IMG/VR virus record: IMGVR_UViG_3300033388_005412
Coordinates: 1 to 64,000 of that record
Length of the DNA stretch: 64,000 bases
From: a virus
Lineage: Duplodnaviria; Caudoviricetes
Strand: one strand, 5' to 3'
Part shown: positions 17,650 to 27,669 of the stretch, one piece after another
Layout: the number at the start of each line of letters is the position of its first letter
Numbering within the stretch: position 1 is the first letter of the stretch
Made by a program: the position numbers and the translations under genes
The notes under the pieces: generated by a model
The model's input: only the letters and a program-made list of their open reading frames with translations
Database searches by the model: none
What the model was told of the DNA's origin: nothing

Positions 17650-18196
17650 AAAAATTAGTAATGTAAAACCAATGATTAGTATGGAGATGATTAATAATAT
17701 TGACAGCATATTATCAAGCCAGAAGGAAATTGATGATTTACTGAACTATATTCAGAGAAATGAGCCACATTTCTATAACTGGTCACAGCGGCGGACGAGT
17801 CAGATAATATCCGGTTTGTCACGATATACTGATTTACGGATAAGTGTGGCGAATCGTATCGCACATGGATTACTTTTATCTTTCTTAGGAGGATATCTCC
17901 TCAGTTCTGAGTTAGACAATGATACTGTTAACAGTATAATACAAACACCTGAACAAGAATTTGAGACATGGCTTTCCGGGCAATTACCTGATAATTTTTA
18001 TAATTATTCAATAAATGGGCTTGATAAAAATTCTACTAAATACATAGCAAAAAAAGCCCATATAAATATAATTAAAACATTGGAAAATAACGTAAAAGCA
18101 AAAAACAAATACTTCAGAAATAAGTCACGTGATGATCTTGATGTTTTAGACGGGATCCCCGCAATTAAAAAGAAAAGGAAAAAGAAAAGTAAATGA
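17636..18196 (+). CDS. hypothetical protein
   Basis: AAGGAG SD, ORF. Confidence 0.7.
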   Translation: MSDNKKISNVKPMISMEMINNIDSILSSQKEIDDLLNYIQRNEPHFYNWSQRRTSQIISGLSRYTDLRISVANRIAHGLLLSFLGGYLLSSELDNDTVNSIIQTPEQEFETWLSGQLPDNFYNYSINGLDKNSTKYIAKKAHINIIKTLENNVKAKNKYFRNKSRDDLDVLDGIPAIKKKRKKKSK

Positions 18197-18378
18197 AAAT
18201 AGATAATAAATTTTTTAAAAGTACTATAATGAAAAATATTAACAAACTAATTACGGTAAACAGAGTTGAGAATAAATGTTCTATCGAAGACAGCTATGAG
18301 TATGTCATAAATTTCTTAGAACATATGATTGAAGTATTAAAAGACGATATGAAATTGGGAACATATGATAAAATATAA
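18193..18378 (+). CDS. hypothetical protein
   Basis: ORF, ATGA overlap. Confidence 0.6.
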   Translation: MKIDNKFFKSTIMKNINKLITVNRVENKCSIEDSYEYVINFLEHMIEVLKDDMKLGTYDKI

Positions 18379-18388
18379 GGAGTGAATA

Positions 18389-18745
18389 ATGAGTATTAAA
18401 GAAATCAGTATGGGACAATTGCCTCCGGCAGTTAAGAAACTGGCTATGGTATTTGCCGATATTGTTAAAATATATGCATGTGACACAATTGCTGAATTAA
18501 TAAATTCGTCTAAATCAAAAACTTTGGAAATGATGATCATTGCGCAAACTAAAAATGATAAGCCGGAAAAACATTTTTTAGTCGGGCTTGCCATGCCATG
18601 TAAAACTGATGATTTTAAAACACCGTTATTGTATTTTTCACCCCTAACATATGAACAATATGTTAAATATGAAGAAGTAATTAAAGACAAATTGAGAGTT
18701 AATGAAATCAATCGCAAAAGTAATATTTGGATGCCGAAAACCTGA
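18389..18745 (+). CDS. hypothetical protein
   Basis: AAGGAG SD, ORF. Confidence 0.7.
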   Translation: MSIKEISMGQLPPAVKKLAMVFADIVKIYACDTIAELINSSKSKTLEMMIIAQTKNDKPEKHFLVGLAMPCKTDDFKTPLLYFSPLTYEQYVKYEEVIKDKLRVNEINRKSNIWMPKT

Positions 18746-18746
18746 C

Positions 18747-19067
18747 ATGTCTAGAGATATACTTGAAAAAGAAATTGCTAAGAAATTTGGCGGACAGGTG
18801 ACCGTTGCTTCAGGTGCAATTCATAGCGACGGTGACGTCAGGATAGATGGATTTCTTGTTGAGGCAAAAAGGCATTTGACAAAGAAAAGTATATCCGTCA
18901 CTAATACAGTGTGGAAGCAGATAAGAAATCAGGCATTGAAACGTGGCCGGCGCCCATTGGTTATTTTTAAGAATAGTGAATTATCGGTTGCTATCTTAGA
19001 TTTAGAGGATTTTAAAGAAATGTACGAGGAGAATAAGGAAAATAAAAATGAAACAAATTCTATATAA
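18747..19067 (+). CDS. Hjc-type Holliday junction resolvase / PD-(D/E)XK endonuclease
   Basis: EKEIAKKFGG..ASGA..SDGDV..FLVEAK...KSISV. Confidence 0.7.
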   Translation: MSRDILEKEIAKKFGGQVTVASGAIHSDGDVRIDGFLVEAKRHLTKKSISVTNTVWKQIRNQALKRGRRPLVIFKNSELSVAILDLEDFKEMYEENKENKNETNSI

Positions 19068-20097
19068 AGATAAAAAATGGTTATATAAAAAATATTGTTG
19101 TGATATGTTATCATCAACTAATATTAGCAAAACATGCCATGTTACGCGACGTACTATTTTAAATTGGTTAGTGAAATATGAGATACCTAGACGCTCAAAT
19201 CTTGATTCTCAATTAAATAGATTTAAAAATAAAACATATTTAAATAAAAAATGGTTATTAAATAAATATTGTAATGATTTAAAATCAATAAATACCATTG
19301 CTAAGGAATGTGATATAGGTATTCATGGTGTTTTTAATTCATTGAAAAGACATAAAATAAGCACTAGAAGTTCAGGTTATGGGGCACATTTGTATTATAA
19401 TAATCATTGCAATTTAGATAAATATGCTATTGAATTTATTACAGGCGAAATGCTGGGTGATATGCATATAGAGAAAACTAGCAATTCAGCGGCTAGAATA
19501 ACATACGGCTCGAAGTATAAAAAATATCTAAACTTTTTAAGTAAGCAATTAAATTCTTTTGGAATAAAGCAATCTGGAAGATATACAATAACAAAAACAA
19601 TAAATCTTCCCGGAAATAGAAAAATAAAAGATAAAAATAGAGGCACAGTTTATCATTATTCTTCTTTAAGTTATCCAGAGCTCTTAGAGTTGTGCAAAAA
19701 GTGGTATATTCCTTACAAAGGATACTCTAAAAACAATCGTCGAAAATGGTTTAAAATAATTCCAAGAGATTTAGAATTAACACCGTTAGTTTGCCGACAG
19801 TGGTTTATTGGTGATGGTTGCACATCAAAATTAAGAAATGATTTGTATTTGGCAACTCGCGGATTTAAAGAAAAGGATGTAATGTTTCTAGCTATAAAAT
19901 TAAGTGATAAAGGATTCAGAATAACAAAACAAAAATACAATGATATACGTATTTCATGCTATTCAGTTGAAGATTTTTTGACATACATAGGACAGTGTCC
20001 AACAAAATGTTACGAATATAAATGGAGGATGTTAAATGAAAAAAGAAAAAGACTTGAAACTTCAAGAAGCGATAAATCAGTTGGCCAAACAGTATAA
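19048..20097 (+). mobile_element. free-standing LAGLIDADG homing endonuclease with two N-terminal HTH-like repeats
   Basis: FITGEMLGDMHI and CRQWFIGDGC; repeats KKWLYKKY.../KKWLLNKY... Confidence 0.85.
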
Positions 20098-21016
20098 AAA
20101 ACCTGTTGTTCAAAAAGGGTTACCTTCTTTGGAAAAAATTTCTCTTGGAATGATTTCCTTGGATAAATTAACAGGTGGTGGTTTTCCTAAAAGCAGATTT
20201 TCAATGTTGTTTGGTGATAAGTCTACTTGTAAAACAAGTTTATGTAAACGATTAGCTGGACAAATTATTAAAGAAGGTGGTAAAGTCGTTGTTGTAGATG
20301 CGGAACATAGTTGGGATTCAAAACATGCAAAAACACTTGGTCTTGATACTGATAAATTGATGGTTAATCAACCGGACACATTAGAAGAGGGAATAACAAT
20401 AATTCAAAAATTCGCACCGCTTGTAGATCTTATCATTTACGATTCTATCGTCAGCGTAGCACCTGAAGCCGAGATAGCAAGAGATATGGAACAGGAAACA
20501 AGAGCATTGATTCCACGGAAATTGTCTCAGTTTTTCAGAATAACAACGCCTGTCGTTGGAAAAGGTAAAGCTGCTGTTATTTTGGTTAATCAGGTTAGGG
20601 TGGATTTAAATAAATATGGCATGGCCGGATATCCTGGGGGCCGAGCACTTTCACACCATACTTCTTTCATTATGCAACTATGGAGAGGCAGTAAAAAAGA
20701 CTGCCCTACAAAGAAAATTAATGGGAAAGATATACCTATAGGCTTCAGAGTATTCGCCAAAGCCACTAAAACAAAAATATCCGATACGGAAGGACAGACT
20801 GTGAGTTTTAACTATTTCTACAAGGGAGAGCATTTTAAACCATTAGATGATCTTTTCCAGATGGCCGAATTGTTTAAAGTTATTGAAAAATCCGGAGCGT
20901 GGTATAATTATGGAGAAGATAAGTTTCAAGGACAGCAGGGTTTTATTAATTTTATGAAAGAAAATCCATCTGCTGTAAAGGAAATAAAGAAAGCTGTGAT
21001 AGAGGCAAAACTTTAA
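20036..21016 (+). CDS. recA: RecA-like recombinase
   Basis: SLDKLTGGGFPK, P-loop GDKSTCKTS, VDAEH, NQPDTLEE, YDSI, LVNQVR, PGGRALSH, IEKSGAWY. Confidence 0.92.
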   Translation: MKKEKDLKLQEAINQLAKQYKKPVVQKGLPSLEKISLGMISLDKLTGGGFPKSRFSMLFGDKSTCKTSLCKRLAGQIIKEGGKVVVVDAEHSWDSKHAKTLGLDTDKLMVNQPDTLEEGITIIQKFAPLVDLIIYDSIVSVAPEAEIARDMEQETRALIPRKLSQFFRITTPVVGKGKAAVILVNQVRVDLNKYGMAGYPGGRALSHHTSFIMQLWRGSKKDCPTKKINGKDIPIGFRVFAKATKTKISDTEGQTVSFNYFYKGEHFKPLDDLFQMAELFKVIEKSGAWYNYGEDKFQGQQGFINFMKENPSAVKEIKKAVIEAKL

Positions 21017-21017
21017 T

Positions 21018-21395
21018 ATGAAAAAAAGAAAATTTGACGGAGCAAAAGACTGGAATTTTATTATTGTTGAAGGATTTTGTGGATATTCATTTATGAAAGA
21101 CAAATATGTAACAGTTTCGGAATTTCCTAAAGATAAAAATGGAAAGTACGACTTTACTAACTGGTCAAGTAAAAAAGTAAAGACTGAGAGAATTAAAAAT
21201 CCTCAGTATGTCAATGCTAAAATTCCAACATATTGTAAAGGAAAAATTGGAATTGAATGCTTAGGTCCCCGTGATAAAAAATGTTCTTTTTTCTTATGCA
21301 GTCAAGCTGATTATGACGAATATCTAATAAGACATATTAGAGAAATGAGAAAATACACAAGAAACAAGAGGAGAAAAAAATGCCAGGAAAAATAA
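21018..21395 (+). CDS. hypothetical protein
   Basis: ORF. Confidence 0.6.
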   Translation: MKKRKFDGAKDWNFIIVEGFCGYSFMKDKYVTVSEFPKDKNGKYDFTNWSSKKVKTERIKNPQYVNAKIPTYCKGKIGIECLGPRDKKCSFFLCSQADYDEYLIRHIREMRKYTRNKRRKKCQEK

Positions 21396-21583
21396 TAGCA
21401 GTTGAATTATCATACAGTGAAATTGAAATTATCATAGATTTACTTCGTAATGACTTAGAAAGCGATTCAGCCGCATACATATATAAAACTAAACTCTTAA
21501 AGGATTTTCAAAATGCATTGGCTGATAATAATATAAACTATTATTTTAAAGGTGGGGCGCATGTTGCGCATGAGTTATATTGA
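21380..21583 (+). CDS. hypothetical protein
   Basis: GAGGAG SD, ORF. Confidence 0.6.
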   Translation: MPGKIIAVELSYSEIEIIIDLLRNDLESDSAAYIYKTKLLKDFQNALADNNINYYFKGGAHVAHELY

Positions 21584-21598
21584 AAAGGATGGAATAAA

Positions 21599-21835
21599 AT
21601 GAATTATGTTGAAAATGAAAAGTCAAGAGAAAAATTATGCGAGATGAACATATCATTAGGTGTTCTGAAAGAAATGCTACACCTTAAAGATAATGTGCAT
21701 ATTACAGATATATACATGATTCGTAATCGTAATTTGATTAAGATAGTTTTACATAGCGACGAACATGGTAAAATAGTGGAAACTGGCGATATCAGGCCAG
21801 TTGTTTCAATAAAAACTGTTCAGAAAATAATGTAG
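21599..21835 (+). CDS. hypothetical protein
   Basis: ORF. Confidence 0.6.
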   Translation: MNYVENEKSREKLCEMNISLGVLKEMLHLKDNVHITDIYMIRNRNLIKIVLHSDEHGKIVETGDIRPVVSIKTVQKIM

Positions 21836-21847
21836 GGAGATGATAAA

Positions 21848-22183
21848 ATGAGTAATTGTCCGAATTGTAAATCAGATATGAAAGATATTAAAGGTAGTTT
21901 CTCCATATGCAGAAAATGTGGCAATGTTTATGTGCCGATTGATGAAATACCAAGTGAATATCCGCTAAAGAATAATATGGAAAACGGAATGAAGAATGGT
22001 ATATCTTCAATTTTGAATGATACAGGAAAAGTTGAGAATAAAAGACATCTGACTGAGATAATTTATGCCATTTTAATATCACGAGGCGCAGCCGTAATAA
22101 CGGCGACAGAACTATCTACTGAAATTACCAATGCTATAGATGAAAATTATACATATAGTACTAAAAATATAAAAGGAGAATAA
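21848..22183 (+). CDS. zinc-ribbon protein
   Basis: CPNC...CRKC at N-terminus. Confidence 0.65.
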   Translation: MSNCPNCKSDMKDIKGSFSICRKCGNVYVPIDEIPSEYPLKNNMENGMKNGISSILNDTGKVENKRHLTEIIYAILISRGAAVITATELSTEITNAIDENYTYSTKNIKGE

Positions 22184-22185
22184 TT

Positions 22186-22779
22186 ATGCGACATTATCAT
22201 GGAATGACCCACCAAGAGGTTAAGGATAAATTTTATATCAATTATGATGGAGAGGAAGATATACCTGTCATGAAAAGAATTAATGGCCGGTTATCAAAAT
22301 TATGGCAAGAGGCGTCGTATTATTACACTGATTCGAAGAATGAAATGTCTAAGGTAAAAAATCGAATTAGACGAATTGATAGCCAACTGAAATACAATAG
22401 AGAAGAAATCAAACAGAAATATATAATGGAAAATAGATCAGTAACCAGAGATAAGAAATGGACAGATGCTGCCAGAGAAACTTTTGCATATGTCGAATCA
22501 TTGAATCCGGATTTACGAGGTGATATTGAGAAATTGCATAAAGAATTAAGTGACTGGAGTGAAGAAGTTGCCTTGTGGTTCGAAATAATGAACAACTTAA
22601 AATTTATTGGTGAGCGGGTTGATAGTTCATCTATGAATACAGCCGTTGAAGCTAAAATGTCAAATAAAGAACCATCAAACATACCGGATATAGTTGAAAA
22701 AGAGACAAAAGATCCGGAACTGGATACAAACGAGTACAAAGTTATTGATAATAAACCAAGTTCTGATGAGTTTTTTTAA
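22186..22779 (+). CDS. coiled-coil protein with acidic-aromatic tail
   Basis: AAGGAG SD; helical; ends SSDEFF. Confidence 0.7.
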   Translation: MRHYHGMTHQEVKDKFYINYDGEEDIPVMKRINGRLSKLWQEASYYYTDSKNEMSKVKNRIRRIDSQLKYNREEIKQKYIMENRSVTRDKKWTDAARETFAYVESLNPDLRGDIEKLHKELSDWSEEVALWFEIMNNLKFIGERVDSSSMNTAVEAKMSNKEPSNIPDIVEKETKDPELDTNEYKVIDNKPSSDEFF

Positions 22780-22782
22780 TAC

Positions 22783-22811
22783 TTGACAAATAATATTGTG
22801 AAATGTAATAT
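22783..22811 (+). promoter_or_regulatory. sigma70 promoter
   Basis: TTGACA-17-TAATAT followed by AAGGAGG SD. Confidence 0.8.
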
Positions 22812-22831
22812 GTGTAAAAGGAGGCTGCATT

Positions 22832-23050
22832 ATGATGTGCCCTGTGTGTGGAGATGAGGTTAGTTTCGGATTGTTAAAAGATGAGAATGGTAATTTCATG
22901 TGTGAAGAATGTTATATTAGAATACAAGTTCGTATTGCCAATGGCGATGCGATATATTATACACCTGAAGATATAACAACGACTTTTCCAAAAAATAAAT
23001 CCGGAAAGATTAAAAATACGATGAAATACAACATAAAGGATATAACATGA
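22832..23050 (+). CDS. zinc-finger protein
   Basis: CPVC...CEEC. Confidence 0.7.
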   Translation: MMCPVCGDEVSFGLLKDENGNFMCEECYIRIQVRIANGDAIYYTPEDITTTFPKNKSGKIKNTMKYNIKDIT

Positions 23051-23760
23051 TTAAATATTTGAAGGGTTTGTTTAACTATTATAAACCGCCTGATGATTAT
23101 ATACCGGATAACATGTCACAGCCACCGAATATTTTTAAACATAATTTCAATAAGAATTTTATTATTTCAAATACACAATTCGAATATGAAGAGTTATCTG
23201 TTCAGGACTTTTTGGCTAATAAAAATAGCTTTTTAGCAGACTTTGAAACAACGGTTGGATCAGCCGCGCAAATAATACACGCTGCTGCTCTTAATTATAA
23301 AATAAATCCTAAGTTGCTTTTAATTGCATTAGAACGTGAGAATGGATATATATCATTGCAATATGCGCCGCCTTTATGTGAAATTGATTGGGCTATGAAC
23401 ATTGGCTGGTCGGAAAAATTTGGCGGAATCGCGACATATGAAGGATTTGAAAAACAAGTTCACATAGTAGCTAAAGAATATAGAAGATGGTATAATCATT
23501 GTTCGCAATACAATAAAAGTAATAAAGAATTAATGTGCAGTGATGATTCAGTAGTTCCTGTGAACAACGCAACATATTCTTTATACAAGGTTTGCCCGTA
23601 TGTTGGTGATTATCACGTGTATCAGAAAAAACCAGTCAAGGATGGCGACGGAAAAATCATAACTACAACCATATCATTGCAACATAAAGTCCCGTTTGGT
23701 AATTATTTGTCATATCTGCTATGGAAAAAATGGTGGCCGAAAGATTTTAAAGGAGAATAA
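23047..23760 (+). CDS. putative lysozyme-like fold protein
   Basis: AAQIIHAAALNYKINPKLLLIALERENG...GFEKQV...ATYSLYKVCPY...GNYL..LW pattern, catalytic-type Glu retained. Confidence 0.55.
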   Translation: MIKYLKGLFNYYKPPDDYIPDNMSQPPNIFKHNFNKNFIISNTQFEYEELSVQDFLANKNSFLADFETTVGSAAQIIHAAALNYKINPKLLLIALERENGYISLQYAPPLCEIDWAMNIGWSEKFGGIATYEGFEKQVHIVAKEYRRWYNHCSQYNKSNKELMCSDDSVVPVNNATYSLYKVCPYVGDYHVYQKKPVKDGDGKIITTTISLQHKVPFGNYLSYLLWKKWWPKDFKGE

Positions 23761-23762
23761 CA

Positions 23763-24005
23763 ATGGAATACGAGAAAAATGAATGGAAACTTTCTATATC
23801 ACGTGTGACGAACGGATACATAATAGAGGCGGTTTCTGATATAGATGAGTTAAGTGTTAAAGACGTAATTGAAGATGATAAAAAAGATGAATTGGCGTCA
23901 CATGAGAATCTATTATGGGCAATAATGGATTACTTTAATTTCGGCGGCAGCAAACATGATTCCGAACGACTTAGAATAATAAGAAATCGAAAGGGCGAAA
24001 AATGA
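23763..24005 (+). CDS. hypothetical protein
   Basis: AAGGAG SD, ORF. Confidence 0.7.
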   Translation: MEYEKNEWKLSISRVTNGYIIEAVSDIDELSVKDVIEDDKKDELASHENLLWAIMDYFNFGGSKHDSERLRIIRNRKGEK

Positions 24006-24322
24006 TATACAAACGGCGTGAGGGCGGGATAATTAGACCAGGTTTTAATTATTCTTTTGGCAAGAGAGTGATACGATTTGCATTAATCACAAGAATACCC
24101 CTACCTATTTTTGTTTATAGAATTTATGATGATATGATGCGGGATATGGTTTATAAATGCTGGCAATATTATACTGTCTTCATTCAATTTAGAATATTGA
24201 ATCGCAAGTATGGGCGTAATCGATTTGTCACCGAATTTCGTATCGGCAAGTTTGTTTTTATTATAAAAGTGATTAGATTACCCGTAAGACAACCAGAAGT
24301 AGTTAACATGCGAACACCTTGA
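24002..24322 (+). CDS. hypothetical protein
   Basis: ORF, ATGA overlap. Confidence 0.55.
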   Translation: MIYKRREGGIIRPGFNYSFGKRVIRFALITRIPLPIFVYRIYDDMMRDMVYKCWQYYTVFIQFRILNRKYGRNRFVTEFRIGKFVFIIKVIRLPVRQPEVVNMRTP

Positions 24323-24347
24323 CACACATTGTCATATTTACTAATAT
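24319..24347 (+). promoter_or_regulatory. sigma70 promoter upstream of polymerase
   Basis: TTGACA-17-TAATAT; AAGGAG SD downstream. Confidence 0.8.
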
Positions 24348-24381
24348 AAATCAGTATAACCAATAAGGAGTTAAAAAAAAT

Positions 24382-26679
24382 ATGAAAATACCGTTGATGG
24401 CTTATCCCGGAGATCAGTTCCTTACCATAATAACCAATGGTAAAAGATCCAGAGTTCCCTTTCCATTTAAACCATTTGTGTATGTACAGCGCAAACTTGG
24501 CGAACATACACATGGAAATCTGCAGTATAAAACTTACACTGATTTATGGAAGAAAACAGAAATAGAACTTGCTAAACTGGAATTTAATACACCGCGGGAT
24601 TCATATAGTTTTTATAGTGATTATAATACATCCAAGTTGTGTTACTATCTTCCATATATGGAACAGATAATGATTGAAGAACCCGAATTTTTTACAAAAT
24701 TCCCTCAGACCAAAGAGCCTGTCATCATGACTCTTGATATTGAAACATGGAACGACGGAACCGGTATATTTCCTCATTATTCAACACATCCAATAACAGC
24801 AATCGGCGTTAAAATTAATGATATGCCGACGAAAGTATATGATAATTACGATGAAACATATAAGGATAAATATATCTTAGAAGAATTCATGAGGGATTTT
24901 ATAGATATTAATCCGGATATACTTGTCGGTTATTATTCCAAGTTTTTTGATTTTCCTTATATGATTAAAAGAATGGGAAAAATGAAACTCACAACAATGC
25001 GTGGCATTCCTTTAGCTAATATGCTTTGCCGGCCGCCCAGTTTGCCGCTTTTAATAGAAGACAAAAAGGATAAGAAAAAACACTCATCGTATAATATATA
25101 CGGCAGAATAATGATGGATATTCATGAGAATGTTCGACGTGATCAAACGGTCTTCGGTATGAAGGACCGGAAATTAAAAACAGTTGCCGAATGGTATAAC
25201 ATTCCTATATCTAAACATGACGAATTATATACAGAAAATAGCAGGAAGTATATTAAAACAGATATATTAAGAGAACATGTAACATCAGATGTCGAGGCGA
25301 CATATAGATTGATGAAGATATATTTACCATTGCAGATAATGCTGGCTGATTTTATGAGAGTACCTTTGAATAATATTATAAGTGGAAAGGCAAGTTTTAT
25401 TCCGAAATTATTTATCGGCCGTGGTGCACATGAATGTAAAATGGTTCCAATGGAAACAAATGCTGATCGATACGGTGATACTAAGTTTCAGGCGGCCATG
25501 GTTGGATTGAATAAGCCGGGATATTATAAAGAGATATACAAGGTTGATATAACATCTTTTTATCCATCCATAATGAGAACATTTAATCTAGGTCCGGATA
25601 CAACTAGGATATATGATAGACAACCATTTGACGCGGACGGCGATGATCCTCATTTTTCAATAAGTGGGTCAGGAGATTTTATATATGTCGGAATACCCGA
25701 TCATAATTTTAATGAAAAAATTATGATTAAAATAGACAAGAGAAACGAATCATTTTTAAAAAAAAGAATTGATAATTTATTTGCTATAAGAAAAAAATCC
25801 AAAGAAAAAATAAAAACAAGTAAAACGGATGAAGAAAAACAGTATAATGAAATTCACTCAACTGCCTTAAAAGTTGTACTTAATACAATTTTCGGCCTTA
25901 ATGGTTTGAAATACAGTCGGCTTGGTGACATGTCAGTAGCAATTGCGATTGTTGGGATTGCCAGATGGATTTTCGGTGAGATAATAAAGTATTACGGTGA
26001 TGATGTGGTATCGTGGGATACGGACGGTATAATACTTTCCAAGAAACCCAATTTAGATAAACTAAATAAATATGTTACAGATCTTGTTGAATCAAGAGCT
26101 CATGTTAAGAATTGTATAAACTTCGAATTAGAATTAACAGGGAAGGGTTATTTTTACAAGCCGAAAAATTATGCTATTATGAAGGATAATGGCAAATTGG
26201 AAATGCATGGTGTATCAATGAAAAGCAGCCGGGCCGCGGGAATATATGATGAGGCTATAAAACGGATGTGCGATGTTATTTTTACACATGATAATGATCC
26301 TGAGAAAGTTAAAATGGTAATAGATGGTGTTCGTAATTTAAATAATTATGATATGAATTATTTTGTTATGCGAACTAGTATTAATAAATCAGAATATAAA
26401 AATCCGAACGCATTACAACCATCCCTGGTTCGAAAATCGGAAGAAGTCTTAAAGAAAAAACTCAAAGTCGGAGACAGTATTGAATATTTCCGGACATGGG
26501 ATAAGTATGCTGTTAAAGAAGAAGTCAAATCAATCGATAATTTAGATAAGCATTATTATTCTGAAGTTATAGAGAAGGCGCTGAGGATATTCGATCATGG
26601 TGTGTTCGTGGAGAGGGAGAGAGCCAAGAAAGAAGCGATACGAAGAGATAAAGAAGATCAATTGAGGCTGGAATTATGA
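24382..26679 (+). CDS. polB: family B DNA polymerase with 3'-5' exonuclease
   Basis: ExoI LDIET, ExoII GYYSKFFDFPYM, ExoIII DVEATY; pol A VDITSFYPSIM, pol B LKVVLNTIFG, pol C WDTDG. Confidence 0.93.
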   Translation: MKIPLMAYPGDQFLTIITNGKRSRVPFPFKPFVYVQRKLGEHTHGNLQYKTYTDLWKKTEIELAKLEFNTPRDSYSFYSDYNTSKLCYYLPYMEQIMIEEPEFFTKFPQTKEPVIMTLDIETWNDGTGIFPHYSTHPITAIGVKINDMPTKVYDNYDETYKDKYILEEFMRDFIDINPDILVGYYSKFFDFPYMIKRMGKMKLTTMRGIPLANMLCRPPSLPLLIEDKKDKKKHSSYNIYGRIMMDIHENVRRDQTVFGMKDRKLKTVAEWYNIPISKHDELYTENSRKYIKTDILREHVTSDVEATYRLMKIYLPLQIMLADFMRVPLNNIISGKASFIPKLFIGRGAHECKMVPMETNADRYGDTKFQAAMVGLNKPGYYKEIYKVDITSFYPSIMRTFNLGPDTTRIYDRQPFDADGDDPHFSISGSGDFIYVGIPDHNFNEKIMIKIDKRNESFLKKRIDNLFAIRKKSKEKIKTSKTDEEKQYNEIHSTALKVVLNTIFGLNGLKYSRLGDMSVAIAIVGIARWIFGEIIKYYGDDVVSWDTDGIILSKKPNLDKLNKYVTDLVESRAHVKNCINFELELTGKGYFYKPKNYAIMKDNGKLEMHGVSMKSSRAAGIYDEAIKRMCDVIFTHDNDPEKVKMVIDGVRNLNNYDMNYFVMRTSINKSEYKNPNALQPSLVRKSEEVLKKKLKVGDSIEYFRTWDKYAVKEEVKSIDNLDKHYYSEVIEKALRIFDHGVFVERERAKKEAIRRDKEDQLRLEL

Positions 26680-27311
26680 ATGATATTTTAAGGATAATGA
26701 AATTAAACAAGAATATTTTGAAATTAAAGTTCATTCTCGGCGGTGTTATATTGTTATTTGTTTTAAATGAAGTCGGTATGATATATGCATTACGTCATAG
26801 CAGAAAATTGGAAAACATGATAATTCTTATCGAAGAACTTGAGAAATCCAATTATTATAACAGACTTGCGGGAAGTATCACAGACCATTATAATACTCGT
26901 GGAAACCGAATTAAATTTGCCGACGTTAAAAAAATATTAATGACCATTGACAGGATGGTTCCGGAGTATTTTCCGGAGGAAAGTCCTTTTTCGTGTGATG
27001 ATCTTATATCAATAGTCGCGGTTGAGTCTATTTTCAATCCCAAAGCGGTTGGAGCACTGGGTGAACGTGGTATATTTCAAATCTGGAAATGGAAAGAAGG
27101 ACTTGTTAACATAGGACATAAGGGAAAGGATCCATTTGATATTGAGTTGAATACAGAAATGGCGTTATGGCTGCTCAGATACAAATATAAGATATTCAAA
27201 GACTGGAAAACAACAATTATAGGATACAACGGAAGTGAAAAATACTGGGGTGAGTTCTTAATAGCTAAGAACAGAGTCAGAAAGTGGAAAGAAACAGCTA
27301 AAAAATTATAG
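26676..27311 (+). CDS. membrane-anchored soluble lytic transglycosylase (SLT)
   Basis: N-terminal hydrophobic helix; IVAVESIFNPKAVG..GERGIFQI ... IIGYNG. Confidence 0.85.
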   Translation: MNDILRIMKLNKNILKLKFILGGVILLFVLNEVGMIYALRHSRKLENMIILIEELEKSNYYNRLAGSITDHYNTRGNRIKFADVKKILMTIDRMVPEYFPEESPFSCDDLISIVAVESIFNPKAVGALGERGIFQIWKWKEGLVNIGHKGKDPFDIELNTEMALWLLRYKYKIFKDWKTTIIGYNGSEKYWGEFLIAKNRVRKWKETAKKL

Positions 27312-27335
27312 TATTATGTAGAAGCAAATGGAGGT

Positions 27336-27665
27336 ATGAATATGATATGCAAATGTTCAAATATATTAAGTAATGTCGTAAAAACAATTAACGCAAAAAA
27401 AGACAGTGTGAAACGGGCATGGGAGTTGGGTGGATTCTATGCTGTTGAAGAAATGGACAACACAGTAATGGAAATCAGAGATATTATCAGTGAGTCATAT
27501 AAAATATGCGGATGCTTTGATGGTGTTAAATTATCTAAAATCAGAAATATTGTTATTTTATATAAAGAAAATAAAGATGAGGCTGGTGCGGCAGGCGGCG
27601 AGCATTTTACAAGAATGACAAAGCAGGGCGCATATACTGAAGTTCTTCAAATAATAAACGAATAA
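27336..27665 (+). CDS. hypothetical protein
   Basis: GGAGG SD, ORF. Confidence 0.65.
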   Translation: MNMICKCSNILSNVVKTINAKKDSVKRAWELGGFYAVEEMDNTVMEIRDIISESYKICGCFDGVKLSKIRNIVILYKENKDEAGAAGGEHFTRMTKQGAYTEVLQIINE

Positions 27666-27669
27666 GAAG

